A DNA stretch of 64,000 bases from Azolla caroliniana (GCA_043228905.1 JBHGNT010000140.1:3864-67863), one strand, 5' to 3'. Shown: positions 9,378-22,425, numbered from the stretch's first letter. Program-made: numbers and translations. The notes: a model not told the origin generated them from the letters alone.

Positions 9378-11494
9378 ATGAGGGGGTCGGACCTCGCAGA
9401 AGCCATGGCTTCGGTTGTGGACCGTATAGTGAGTGCGCGCGAAGGCACCGGCGCCCTTGATAGGGCTATCGAGGCGGTTGTCGGTACGATTAGCCGGTTT
9501 AGTGGGAAGGATGCCACGAGCTATTTGGCGTCCTACCGAGCTGAGATGGTAATGAGGGACATTCCGGAAGAGAGGCGTCTAGCCGGATTCCCTCGAGTGG
9601 CGATGTCGGGCATCCATACGGAGGTGCTCGAGGTACGGGCCGAGAGCCTGACCTGGGAGGAGTTCGAAGGTCGGCTCCTCGAAAGATACGGGCTTGAAGA
9701 TGCGCTTCGACTTTCGAAGCGGGACTTCATGGAGTGGGTGGAGACCCCCGACAAAGGAAAGAACGTGTCAGTGCTCCTTCGGGAGTTTGAGGAACGCTTC
9801 GCGCGCCTCTCGGTGCTTGACCGGACTGTTCTCGGCACAAGCCGTGTCCTATTGTTTGTTAAGTCAGTTGACGAGCAGGATCGGGGGCAAGTAGGCCTCC
9901 TATTGGAGACTGATGACGGGCTGACGGCCGACTGGGCCGTAGTGAAAAGGGTCTGTGGCCGTTTCAACAAACGACGGGAATGGGTTGACAAAGGATCGAC
10001 AGGGGCAGGCTCTATCGCAGCAAGGAAGCTCGAGCCAACACCACCAACGCGAAGGGAAGAGACCCAAGATTGGCTCGAGACCGGGTCGGCTTCAACTGGC
10101 GTGGTCAAGGGCTCGTCTGGGGGAGAAGCTTTGGAGGAGCTGACGCGGATGGTAAGGGATCTCCAGATCGCCCAGGCACGGAGGGATGGTGGCGAACAGG
10201 CCCATGACCGACGACCTCTGGCCGAAAACAGGTGCATGTGGTGTGACGCAGTTGGGCACATCCGAAAGGACTGCGGGGACTTCGCCGAGGCAACGTGGTG
10301 TACCTGTGGAACGGTCGGGTGCACGCCAACAAGACCCGAAGGGCCCTGAACCTGAACGTCAGGCGAGGGGATATGAAAAGGCTGATGGAGGAGGCGGCGG
10401 CTCGTCACGCGGAGACCGTCCACTACTCGGCGTCAGCTGGTATTCGGGTCGGAGGTGGCGAGCCCCCGAAGACGAACAAAGCCGGGTTCTGGCCGACGAT
10501 GTTGGAAGGCCTCGCCGGCACACGGCTGAAGAAAGAAGAGGTGGACCGCGTGGAAAAACGGGTCCGGGAGGTAACCGGGTGGAGTGACCTGGTGGAAGAA
10601 AAGACGGGCTTCGTCGAAGCCGCTTGTCAAAACTACGAGGCTCTGGTGGAGGACAAGCGGGTAGGGAAAACCGGAGGGGCCGAGCCCTCGCAGCGATATG
10701 AAACTCGATTCGGGCAAAGACGGAATGAGGCTGTTGTAACCGGCGCCCAGGATAATCCCAAGAAGGGCGGGTACCGGCTGGGCACAGAAATCGAAAGATC
10801 CACGGACCTGCGAAAGGTCCTGGAAGAACAAATCCTCGACAACAAGGTGGAGCTATCGCTGAGGGAAGTACTCGGGATCGCCAAGAAGGAGTTCCACGAC
10901 TCCATCGTAGACTTGGTGAAGAGGAAGAGGCTGTCGACGGAGACAGAACCGGAGAAGCCAGTGGAGGTGCAGACGACACATATAGAGGACATGGCGCTGG
11001 AAGACAAGTTGGCGGAGAGCCACTATTCGAGGCCGCACTGGGCCAGAGCGACCACGGAGACCCCCGTGAAGATCGGAGATGTTCATGAACCAGTGTTCGC
11101 ATTGTTGGACCATGGTTCAGAAATCAATTTGATGTCCATGGACTTCTATAAGAAGGGAAAATGGTCGATCAACACCAAGCACGGGTGGAAAATACGGGCG
11201 GCGACACGTGCCACCAAAGAACTGCATGGAGCCTGCCCGAACGTACGAGTAAAGATCGGCGATGTCGAGATTGACCAGCACTTCTTCGTGTAGGAGACGT
11301 GCTCACATCCGGTTATACTAGGAGAACCGTACATCACGGCAGCACGGATGGAGACCAAGATGTTGGACAACGGCTCGGCCTATGCAAGGGTCATGAGCCA
11401 AGATGGGCGTCACCCGGTCCAGTTCCTGACGGTGAGACCGAACCATGAGAGGAACCGCGAGACCCTCGGGGGCGAAAGCCGGGAGGATTTTTGA
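9378..11494 (+). pseudogene. gag + aspartic protease ORF of element 2 (one frameshift near 10290, in-frame TAG at 11291)
   Basis: FSGKD gag motif; zinc knuckle CMWCDAVGHIRKDC at 10233-10274; protease LLDHGSEINLM..VILGEPY; ends GAT TTT TGA at 11494. Confidence 0.88.
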
Positions 11495-11550
11495 AGAGGG
11501 CTATCAAGGCGTGGGGCCGCGATAGTCCGGACACTCCGGGAAAACCCCAC
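11485..11550 (+). promoter_or_regulatory. Putative programmed -1 ribosomal frameshift signal (G GAU UUU + 6-nt spacer + H-type pseudoknot)
   Basis: Heptamer 11485-11491 in the gag-PR frame just before the stop; pol is in the -1 frame; stem 1 GGGCTATC 11498-11505 / GATAGTCC 11521-11528; stem 2 GTGGGG 11511-11516 / CCCCAC 11545-11550; heptamer + stop + stem 1 conserved in element 3. Confidence 0.75.
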
Positions 11551-14500
11551 AAGTGTATGATAGCGAAGAAGACTTGTACTATAAGTAGGGAATTTTGGTT
11601 CTCCGACAACGGAGGGTGTACGATAGTCGACATTGTTGGCAAGAAGAAGAAAAGGGCGGAGGAGCAACTTCAGGCATGTGGTATCCTCGGCCTTGGAGAG
11701 GAAATCAACGGAACCGTGGAGGCGGTCTCTTTCATTGATACCTTGGGGGAGCTGCGAGAGGTAGTCGGAGGAGTCCTTAAAGAGGACTGAACGATTCCGG
11801 TATGTTCGGAAAAGATGTACGAAGTCATCGCGGACTTCAGTAGAGGGCTCGAGTTGGATCAGACAACCTGAGTGGACACGAGGTACAAGACTGTGGACCG
11901 GAAGGTGAGGCCAGTCGCGGCTCCCTTGCCGGAGGGCAGCGAGTTGCGAATAAAAGGGGTTGCGTCGGACCGGAGTTTACGAAATCCGGCCCGCATAGGA
12001 CACATGTTCACCGACATAACGCTACGGGAGCTCAAGGTTGGTGGGGGCGGCTTCCTATTGCCGGCAGAGGAGCACCGGTTTCGGGGAATGCTCGGAAGGC
12101 ACGGGAAGGCTTTCGCATTCTCACCGGAGGAGATCGGGTGCGTAGACCCGACAGTCGTGGAACCAATGGTGATATTCACGGTATCGCATGTGCCGTGGAG
12201 TCTCAAACCGATTCCAGTACCTAGAGCTCATGTCCCGAAGCTGATGGAGCTGCTAAAGCAGAAGGTCGAGATGGGGATCCTCGAACCGTCGAGTGCCCCA
12301 TACTCAAATCGGTGGTTTACCGTGCCGGAGAAGGACGGCACGCTGCGCTTTATTCAAGACCTGCAGTCGGTCAACAAGGTGACCATTCGAAACGCAGGAA
12401 TCGGACCGACAATAGACGAGTTCGCGGAGGCCTTCGTTGGAAGGTCGATTTACTCGATCGGTGATCTCTACTCGGGGTACGATCAGTTCCAGCTTGACGT
12501 AAAGAGCAGAGACATCACGACAATGCGAACTCCTCTCAGCCTAGTACGAATGTGTACTCTGCCGCAAGGAGGGACGAACTCGGTGGCTCACATGGTGAAC
12601 ACAATGATCAAAGTGCTGAGGGATTGTATCCCGGACATCACCATGCCATTTTTGGACGACGTCCCGATCAAGGGATGCCCGGTGGAGGAAAGGGACGAGA
12701 CGATCGGACCGGACGGATGCCGGAAATTCGTGGCGACGCACATCGATGACTGCGAGAAGGTGTTGCAGAGGTTGGAGGGCGCGAGGCTCACCTTCTCCGG
12801 GGGGAAATCGGCCTTCGGGCAATCAGAGATCATGGTCGTCGGACACCTATGCAGGCCGTACGGCCGGAAACCGTCTCCGGCTAAGGTAGAAGCCATCTCC
12901 GCGATGAAGAACGACTGTAGCTCGGTACAGAGGTTCGGAGGTTCTTGGGAGTGTGCGCGTTCTACCACACATGGATCCCGCGTTACGCTCACGTCGCGGA
13001 GCCGTTATACGGGTTGCTGAAAAAGGGGCGAAAATTCGAGTGGAGAGACGAGCATATGGAGTCTGTCCGGAAGATGAAGGAAGCACTTGCCGTGGCTCCG
13101 GCGCTCCGAAAGGCTGTCTACGGAAAGAGCACTCCAATTTACGTAACGGTAGACACGAGTCCGACTGGGATCGGATGGGTCGTCAACCAAGAGGACGAGG
13201 ACGGCATGCGTTCCCCGATCTGGTTCGGCGCGAAGGTCCTCAGCGAGCGATAGCGAGGATACGCCCAAGTTAAACGCGAGCTCTGGGGTATCGTTTCGAC
13301 GGTAAAGGCCGATAAAGACTACCTGATCAGGACAGAGATAATTATTGAGACAGACTGCCCGCCAATCCTTGGCATGGTTTCCGAATGCGTGACGCCGGAC
13401 ATGGCAATGCTCAGGTGGATAGCGTACATCAAGTCCCTGAATCCGGAAATACGACACATTTCCGGGAAAGACAACGCCATGGCCGACATGCTTTCAAGGG
13501 CGAGGTTCGAAAACGACGGCGGCATGGTTTCAGAGGACGAGGAAGTCGGCGTGGACTTCTTCGAGGCGGCTTACGTAACAACCGGCAGGGAATGCTCTCC
13601 AACGCTTAACGATTTCGACGAGAGCAAGTACGACGGGGAGTGGTTGCAGATCGGCGGGTTCCTGAAAACAATGACACCGGACGCGGCATGGACAACGGAC
13701 GAGGCCAACCGGATTCGGAAGAAAGCCTACCGATTCTTTCTCCGAGACGGATACATATGGAAGCACCCAAAGAAGAGGAACGGCATCCCGCTCCGAGTGG
13801 TGGCGAAGAAGGAGGAACAAGCGGATTTGCTAGCGGCGTACCACGATAGCCCGTGGGCTGGACACCGTGGAGCGTGGGCCACGTTCGAAAAGCTAAAGGG
13901 GAAGTACTGGTGGCCGGGACTATACCGGGACGTGCATCGGTTCGTGACGACTTGCGAAAGCTGTCAGGTGCACTCCATGATCCGACATCAAGATGAGCTT
14001 CACCCGACCTACCCTCCGACCGTCCACTTCAAGTGGATGGTGGATTTGGTGACGATGCCAATGGGGGTAGGACAGATGTGGTATCTGGTGCTAGCTCGGG
14101 AAGATTTAACAAACCAGGTTGAAGGCTGAGCCCTGCAGAACAAGACGACGGCAGTCGTGTGCCGGTTTTTGATTGAGGACGTAGTATGCTGATACGGGTG
14201 CGTAGGGAAGATCGTAGCTGACCGTGGTGAGTTGGACGCAGAAGAGGCCGAAGAGTTGTTCGACCGGCTAGGAGTCAAACTTTCGCTCACCACAGCATAC
14301 GATCCGGAGGCGAACGGGAAGGTGGAGCGCGGACACAGGCCAATTGTCAAAGTGCTAGTACGGGCGTGCGGAGGTCGAGTCGGGGACTGGCCACGGTTGC
14401 TACCTTATGCCTTGTGGGCGGACCGGACTACGCACAGTTCGGTAACCGGGTTCATGCCGGCCGAGCTGATGTTCGGACAAAAGCCGATCATGCCAACAGA

Positions 14501-14978
14501 GCAAACGATCTCCTTGTGGGCCACGGTGGACTGGAGGGATGAGATGAGCCGGGAGGAACTGTTGGCGGCGCGGATTCGATAGCTCGAGCGGAGGCCGGAG
14601 GACGTAGAGCAAGCCGCGGAGAAACTTCGAGTAGCGAGGATAAGGAACAAAGCCCGGTTCGACCGAACACACCGGTCCAGGCCAAGGAAGATCGAGGAAG
14701 GCGACTTGGTGCTAGTCTACGACAGCAGCCTCGACAATCGGCACAGGGCCACGCGGAAGTTTGCGAGGAGGTGGTTCGGGCCTTACGTAGTAACAGGCGC
14801 CAACGGCAATGGGACGTACCATCTCGCGGAGCTCGACGGTACGAGAATGGCAATACCGGTACCGGGGAAGAGGATCAAAGCGTTCAAGAAACGGCACAAC
14901 GGGGAGCCGGGGCTAAGAAGCATGGACAGCGATGACGAGCAGCCCAAGGCGGAGGATGAACCGGTAAACGAGGAATAA
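11491..14978 (+). pseudogene. pol (RT, RNase H, integrase) of element 2, degenerate
   Basis: LRFIQDL, DLYSGYDQF, LPQGGTNS, PFLDD; RNase H; integrase HHCC, DDE core, GPY/F; multiple stops and a frameshift near 12930. Confidence 0.95.
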
Positions 14979-15051
14979 CGCTGGGATCGGTTTTCTCCCG
15001 TAAACCCAATTATGGCGCATACCGGTGGATGCGCGGTTAAGTGGGGGCGGA

Positions 15052-15642
15052 TGCCGTGAAGAAAACCGTCCCCAGGCGCAAACCGTGTATAGTGTGTGTG
15101 TACCGGCCCTTACACGTGGGCACGACCCTTGTCGTATACTAGATAGGTAGGCACAAAGGTTAAATCCTAGGTAGCAATATTCTATAAGGTAAATCGAGGA
15201 GTATCTCTGTCCGAAAGGACAGAGAATTAATGTGATGTCAACGGGTGAAACGGCCTCCCTCCTTGACCTATAAAAGAGAGGGAGACGGGGGAGAGAAGGG
15301 TATCGCGTGCTAGAGGGAACGAAGTGCTATCGGATTGGGACCGAGCTCTTCTTCTCTGTCGTTCTCCATAGCTTTCTTTTGCGCAGGCTCTCAGGAGGCT
15401 GATTCTGCTCCGTGGAACGCCCATGTGCTTCCGGCAAAATCTCCATCTTGCTCTCCTGTGTGCATAGGTGATCAGGCGTCGGCACCCACCTCGCCGACAT
15501 GGTCGGCTGTAACCGTTCTAGTCGTCTGCATACATACAAATAAATGCCTATATTTACATACACACTCTAGAGTTCTCAACTCGCGTCTCCTGGGTTGTTG
15601 TGACGCGTCCCCGTGCGCTTCTTTGTCTATACGTGAGTGAGC

Positions 15643-15697
<55 letters not shown>

Positions 15698-15770
15698 CCT
15701 CACCTATTCCTCGGTCCAAGACCCCAGTGGTCCCACCTTGTTCTCCACGCACGCGCGTAATAACGCGACA
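15052..15770 (+). repeat. 3' LTR of element 2
   Basis: TGCCGTGAAG...ACGCGACA following PPT GGTTAAGTGGGGGCGGA; near-identical to 8624-9334. Confidence 0.95.
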
Positions 15771-18700
15771 ACGGGTCAGATGTGGTGAGGCCCGGAAGAC
15801 GAGCGAAGCCAGATTCTAGCCGCTGATGCTGGAAGGCCTCGCCGGCGCACAGCTAAGGAAAGAAGAAGCAGACCACGCGGAAAAACGAGTCCGGGAGGTA
15901 ACCGGGTGGAGTGACCCGGTCGAAGAGAAGATGGGCTTCGTTGAAGCCGCATGCCAGAACTACGAGGCTCTGGTGGAAGACAAGCGAGTAGGTAAAACCG
16001 GAGGGGCTGGGCCCTCGCAACGGTACGAGACCCGATTCGGTCAAAGGCAGAATGAGGCCGGTGCGACCATCGCACCGGATAAAGCCAAGAAGGTCGGGTA
16101 CCGGTTGAGCACGGAAATCGAAAGGACCAGGGACCTACGAAAGGTCCTGGAGGAACGTATCCTCGACAGCAAAGTGGAGTTGTCGCTGAGGGAAGTGCTC
16201 GGGATCGCCAAGAAGGAGTTCCACGACTCCATCGTAGACTTGGTGAAGAGTCAGAGGCTGTCAACAGAGCCAGAGCTGGAGAAGCCAGTGGAAATGCGAA
16301 CGATGCACATAGAGGACATGGCGCTAGAAGACGAGTTGGCGGAGAGCTACTATTCGAGGCCGCACTAGGCCAGAGCGACCACAGAGACCCTTGTTAAGAT
16401 CGGGGATGTCCAGGAGCCGGTGGTGGCGTTGGTGGACCACGGTTCAGAAATCAACTTGATGTCCATGGACTTCTACAAAAAGGGGAAATGGTCGATCAAC
16501 ACTAGACACACCTAGAAAATACGGGCAGCGACGCGTGCCACGGAAGAACTACATGGAGCCTGCCCGAACGTACGGGTGAAAATCGGCGATGTTGAGATCG
16601 ACCAGCACTTCTTCGCGTAGGAGACGTCCTCACATCCGGTTATACTAGGAGAACCATACATCACGGCGGCACGGATGGAGACCAAGGTGCTGGACAACGG
16701 TTCGGCCTATGCAAGAGTCAAGAGCCAGGACGGGTGTCACTCAGTTCAGTTCCTAACGGTTCGACCAAACCATGAGTGTAACCGCGAGACCCTCGGTGGC
16801 GAAACACGAGGGGATTTTTAGAGAGGGCTATCAAGGCATGGGGCCGCGATAGTCTGGACACCCCGGAAAAAGACTTGTACCATAGGTAGGAAATTTTGGT
16901 TCTCCGACAACGGGGGTTGTACGATTGTCGGCGTCGTTGGCCGAGAGAAGAAGAGGGCGAAGGAGCGACTTCGGGCATGCGGAGTCCTCGGCCCTGGAGA
17001 GGAAATCACCGGAGCCGTGGAGGCGGTCTCTTTCGACGACACCTTGGGACAGTTACGAGAAGTGGTCGGAGGAGGCCTTAAAGAGGACCGGACGGTTCCA
17101 GTATGTTCGGAAGGGATGTACGAAGTCATCGTTGACTTCTGTAACGGGCTCGAGTCGGATCGGACGGCCCGCGTGGATACAAAGTACAAGACTATGGGCT
17201 GGAAGGTGAGGCCGGTCGCGGCACCCTTGCCGGAGGGCAGCGAGGAGCGGATAAAAGGGGTCGCGTCGGACCCAAGTTTACGGAATCCGGCTGGCATAGG
17301 GCACCGGTTCACCGACATAACGCTACGGGAGCTCAAGGTAGGTGGGGGTGGCTTTCTACTGCCGGCGGAGGAGGACAGGTTTCGAAGAATGCTGGGAAGG
17401 CATGGGAAAGCCTTCGCGTTCTCGCCGGAGGAGATCGGGTGCATAAACCCGACAGTTGTGGAACCGATGGTGATCTTCACGGTACCGCATGTGCCGTGGA
17501 ATCTCAAACCGATTCCGGTACCCAAAGCTCACATCCCGAAGTTGATGGAGTTGTTGAAATAGAAGGTCGAGATGGGCATCCTCGAACCGTCGAGTGCCCC
17601 ATACTCGAATCAGTGGTTTACCGTGCCAAAGAAGAACAGGACGTTACGTTTTAATCAAGTCCTACAACCGGTCAACAGGGTGACCATCCGTAATGCAGGA
17701 ATCGGACCGACCATAGACGAGTTCGCGAAGGCCTTCGCTGGGAGGTCGATCTATTCGATCGGTGACTTATACTCGGGGTACGACCACTTCCAGCTAGCCG
17801 TGGAGAGCAGGGATATCACGACGATGTGAACCCCTCTCGGCCTGGTACGAATGTGTACCCTACCACAAGGCGGGACAAACTCGGTGGCGCATATGGTGAA
17901 CGCGATGAACAAAGTGTTGAGGGACTGCATCCCGGACATCACCATGCCATTCTTGGACGACAGCCCGATAAAGGGTTGTCCGGTGGAAGATGCGGACAAG
18001 ACTGTCGAACTAGACGGATGACGGAGGTTCGTCATGAACCACATCAACGACTACGAGAGGGTGTTGCAGAGGCTCGAGAGCGCACGACTCACCTTCTCCG
18101 GAGAAAAATCGGCATTTGGGCAATCAGAGATCTTGGTGGTCGGACACCTGTGCGGACCTTACGGTAGGAAACCGTCTCCGGCAAAGGTAGAAGCCATCTC
18201 CGCAATGAAGGACGACTGCAGGTCGGTTACGGAAGTCCGCAAATTATTGGGGGCGTGCGCGTTCTACCACATCTGGATTCCACACTACACGCAAATTATT
18301 GGAGCCGCTCTACGGGCTATTGAAGAAAGGGTGTAGGTTTGAATGGAGGACGAAGCACACGGATTCGGTCTGGAGACTAAAGGAGGCGCTTACGGTAGCA
18401 CCACCTCTCCGTAAAGCGGCTTACGGAAAGGGAGTCCCCATCTACGTGACGGTGGACACGAGCCCAACCGGGATTGGGTGGGTGATCAACCAAGAGGATG
18501 ACATTGGCACGAGGTTCCCCATCCGGTTCGGCGCGAAGGTCCTCAGTGAGCGACAGCGAGGATACGCCCAGGTTAAACGCGAACTCTGGGGTATCGTTTT
18601 GGCGGTGAAGGCCGATAAAGACTACCTAATCGAGACAGAGGTCATAATCGAGACGAACTGCCTGCCGATTCTCGTCATGGTTTCCGAATGCGTGACGCCG

Positions 18701-21027
18701 GACCTAGCAATGCTCAGGTGGATAGCGTACATCAAGTCCCTGAATCCGAAGATACGACACATTTACGGAAAAGACAATGCCATGGCCGACATGCTCTCAA
18801 GGGCGAGGTTCGAAAACGAGGACGGCATGGTTTCGGAGGAGGAGGAAGTCGGCGTAGATTTCTTCGAGGCGGCATACGTAACGACCAAAAGGGGGTGCAC
18901 TCTGGCGCTTAACGAATTCGACGAGAGCAAGTATGACAGGGAGTGGCTCCAGATCGGCGGGTTCCTGAAAACAATGAAACCGGACGCGGCGTGGACAAAG
19001 GAAGAGACCAACCGGATCCGGAAGAAAGCCTACCGATTCTTCCTTTGGGACAGGCACATATGGAAACACCCGAAGAAAAGGGACGGCATCCCGCTCCGAG
19101 TGGTGGCGAAGAAGGAGGAACATGAGGAGTTGTTGGAGGCCTACCACAAGAGTCCCTGGGCCGGACACCGCGGAACGTGGGCCATGTTCGAGAAGCTGAA
19201 GGGGAAATATTGATGGTCGGAGTTGTACCGGGACGTGCATCGGTTCGTGACGACTTGCGAAAGCTGCCAGATGCACTTCATAGTCCGACACTAGGACGAG
19301 CTTCACCCGACCTACCCTCCGACCGTCCACTTCAAATGGATGATGGATTTGGCGACGATGCTGATGGGGGTAGGACAGATGCGATACTTGGTGCTTGCGT
19401 GAGAAGACTTAACGAACCAGGTCGAAGATCGTGCACTGCAGAACAAGACAATCGTGGCAGTATGCCAGTTCCTTATCAAAGAGGTAGTGTGTCGGTACGG
19501 GTGCATCGGGAAGATCGTGGCGGACCGGGGAGAGCTGGATGCGCGGGAAGCTGAGGAGTTGTTCGACCGGCTAGGGGTCAAACTCTCCCTTACTACGGCG
19601 TACAATCCGAAGGCGAACGGGAAGGTAGAGCGTGGGCACAGGCCGATCGTAAAGGCGTTGATGCGTGCATGCGGAGGGCAGGTCGGGAATTGGTCGTGGC
19701 TCCTTCCTTACGTAGTATGGGCGGACTGAACTACGCACAGTTCGGTAATCGGGTTCATGCCAACAGAGCGAACCATCTCCTCGTGGGACACGGTGGACTG
19801 GAGAGATGAGATGAGACGGGAGGAGCTGCTAGCGGCACGGATTCGACAGCTCGAGCGAAGGCCGGAGGACGTGGAACGAGCCGCGGAGAAGCTTCGGTTG
19901 GCAAGGTTGAAGAACAAAGGGCGGTTTGACCGGACTCACCGACTGCGACCGAAGAATCGAGGAAGGCGACCGGGTCCTAGTGTATGACAGCAGCCTCGAC
20001 AACCAGCACAAGGCAACGCGGAAGTTTGCAAGGAGGTGGTTCGGGCCTTACGCGGTGACAAGCGCCAACGACAACGGGACCTACCATCTTGCAGAGCTCG
20101 ACGGTACGAGGATGGCAATACCGGTAGCAGGGAAGAGGGTCAAAGCGTTTAAGAAACGACACGAGTGCAAGCCGGATCTGGAAGGCATGGACGGCGACGA
20201 CGGGCGGTCCGAGACGGATGACGAACCGGAAGATGAGGAGTAAAGCATGGACTGGTTTTCTCCAGCAAGAGCCCAATTTTGGCGCATACCGGTGGATGCG
20301 CAATTAGGTGGGGGCGGATGTCGTGAAGAAAACCGTCCCTAGGCGGAAACCGAGTTTAGCATGTGTAAACTGGCCCTTACACGCGAGCACACTTTTCGTT
20401 GTATAGTAAGTAGGTAGGTACAAGTCGGCTGAGGTGAAATCCTAGGTAGCACGCATTCAATAGGGAGAGAATCGAGGTGTATCTCTGTTTGAAAGGACAA
20501 AGAATTAATGTGATGTAACGGATGATAACGGCCTCCCTCCTTGGGCTATAAAAGAGAGGGAGAGGGATGAAAAAGGTATCGCGCGTTAGAGAGGACGAAG
20601 TGTTGCCGGATTGGGACCGAGCCCTTCTCCTCTACCACTGTCCATAGCCATTTTGCGCAAGTTTTCGGGAGGCTGACTCTACTCCGTGGAACGCCCGCGT
20701 GCTTCCGGTAGAGTCTCCATCTCGCTCTTCTGTGTGTGTGAGTGAACAGGCATCGGTGTTCGCCTTGTCGGCCTGTTAGTTGTAACCATCTTGATATATA
20801 TATATATAGATAGATAGATATATATATACATACGTGTTCATATACCCGGACTTCTAGTCGAGTCTCGTTTGCTGTGTTGTTGGATTGTGATTCCTGTGTA
20901 CTCCCGTGTCTACGCGTGTGTAAGTGCGTCTATCGCCTTTCCATTCTCCCCCCTTCTCAGCTATTTCTCGGTCCAAGACCCCGGTGGTCCCGCCTCGTTC
21001 TATACGCACGCGCGTAACAACGCGACA
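15771..21027 (+). mobile_element. 5'-truncated gypsy element 3 (starts mid-gag; PR, RT, RH, INT, PPT, 3' LTR), same family group
   Basis: Sequence from 15771 aligns with element 2 from ~10444 onward; many stops and indels; integrase ends at 20243. Confidence 0.93.
20319..21027 (+). repeat. 3' LTR of element 3
   Basis: TGTCGTGAAG...ACGCGACA after the PPT; homologous to but clearly more diverged from the element-2 LTRs. Confidence 0.93.
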
Positions 21028-21029
21028 AC

Positions 21030-22425
21030 GTAAATGGCATTTGTAAGGTTCAATTACCATCAACACAATTATTAATGGTTTTTTGTTAATCAATGAAGCA
21101 CATGTTCACCATAAGGTGTCTTGTTGTGCAACATACGTCTTTCCCGCATTGATATGCATCTTTTTCTCTTGTAAAAACAGATATTTTAGTACAATTCGAG
21201 TTCATGTAAACCCTAAACCTCTTTTATTTTTAAAAACAAAATCTTCTAAACATGAACTCCATACATTGGATCGAGTTGATGTAAAAAACAGAGTTTTCAT
21301 CACAATTCCATACAATGTATTAAATTCATATTGAAAGTTTTTTTCCCCGAATTTTAAAAAAATATAAAAAAATCGACGTTGAATTGATGAAAAAACCATA
21401 TTTTTCACCACAATTAAATACAATGTATCAAGTTCATGTTTAAGGTATTTGTTTTCAAATTTTTTAATTTTTTTTACTTTTTTTAAAAAAAAATTAGTTT
21501 TGGAAAAAAATCTTTAAACATGAATTCGATACATTGTATCGACTTGTGATGAAAACTCTAGTTTTTTCATCACTTCAATTTTATTTTATTTTTTTAACAA
21601 AAAGACCCAAAATAAATAGGAAAAAATCACCCAAAGAGACATGAACTCAATACATTGTATCAAGTTCATGTCGAAAAGTCAGGTTTCCAACACGAACTCG
21701 ATCGTGTTGAAAAACTCAGCTTTTCGACACGAACTCGATACATTGTATCGAATTCATGTTGAAAAGTCAACTTTTCGACACAAACTCGATACAATGTATC
21801 GAGTTCATGTTTAAAGTGTTTTTTAAAAAACAATTTTGATTTTTTTTCTATTTATTTTTGGTCTTTTTGTTTTGTTTTCTTTTTAATTTGAAGTGATGAA
21901 AAAACTAGAGTTTTCATCACAAGTCAATACAATGTATCAAATTCATGTTTAAAGTTTTTTTTCCAAAATAAAAATTTTAACCAAATTTGAAAAAAAAAAA
22001 AAAAAATTTCATTAAACATGAACTCGATACCTTGTATTGAATTGTGGTGAAAATTCTGGTTTTTTCATTAACTCAAGCTTGATTTTTTTTATTTTTTTTT
22101 TAATCCGGGAAAAAAACTTTCAACATGAATTTAATACATTGTATGGAATTGTGATGAAAACTTTGTTTTTTACATCAACTCGATACAATATATAGAGTTC
22201 ATGTTTAGAAATCTTCATTTTTTTCAAATAAAAGAGGTTTAAGGTTTACATGAACTCGAATTGTACTAAAATCTCTATTTTTATAAGAGTAAACGATGCA
22301 TATTGATATTGTAAAGAAGTATGTTGCACAACAAGATACCTTATGGTGAACATGTGCTTCCTTGATTAACAAAAAACTATTAATAATTGTGTCGATGGTA
22401 ATTGAACCTTGAAAATGCCATTTAC
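21030..22425. mobile_element. Foldback-type non-autonomous DNA transposon (MULE/FB-like), almost entirely palindromic
   Basis: GTAAATGGCATTT...AAATGCCATTTAC termini; ~0.7-kb imperfect inverted arms; internal repeats of the palindrome CATGAACTCGATACA(T/A)TGTATCGAGTTCATG; no ORF; TSD not found. Confidence 0.8.

Larger units (their letters stand above)
8624..15770 (+). mobile_element. Structurally complete but degenerate non-chromovirus Ty3/gypsy LTR retrotransposon (element 2), without a matching TSD
   Basis: Paired LTRs TG...CA, PBS, gag-CCHC-protease, RT-RH-INT order, PPT; no chromodomain or additional RNase H seen. Confidence 0.95.

Noticed and set aside
9533-20303. Numerous long antisense and alternative-frame ORFs
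   Set aside because: Shadows of GC-rich retrotransposon coding sequence with no recognisable domains
8620-21031. ACGT on both sides as a 4-bp TSD of one large element
   Set aside because: The LTRs at 8624 and 15052 are the matching pair, the 20319 LTR is much more diverged, and LTR1 does not resume after 21031
21200-22260. Regularly spaced palindromic repeats as a CRISPR array
   Set aside because: Eukaryotic context; the spacers mirror each other across the element; explained by a foldback transposon
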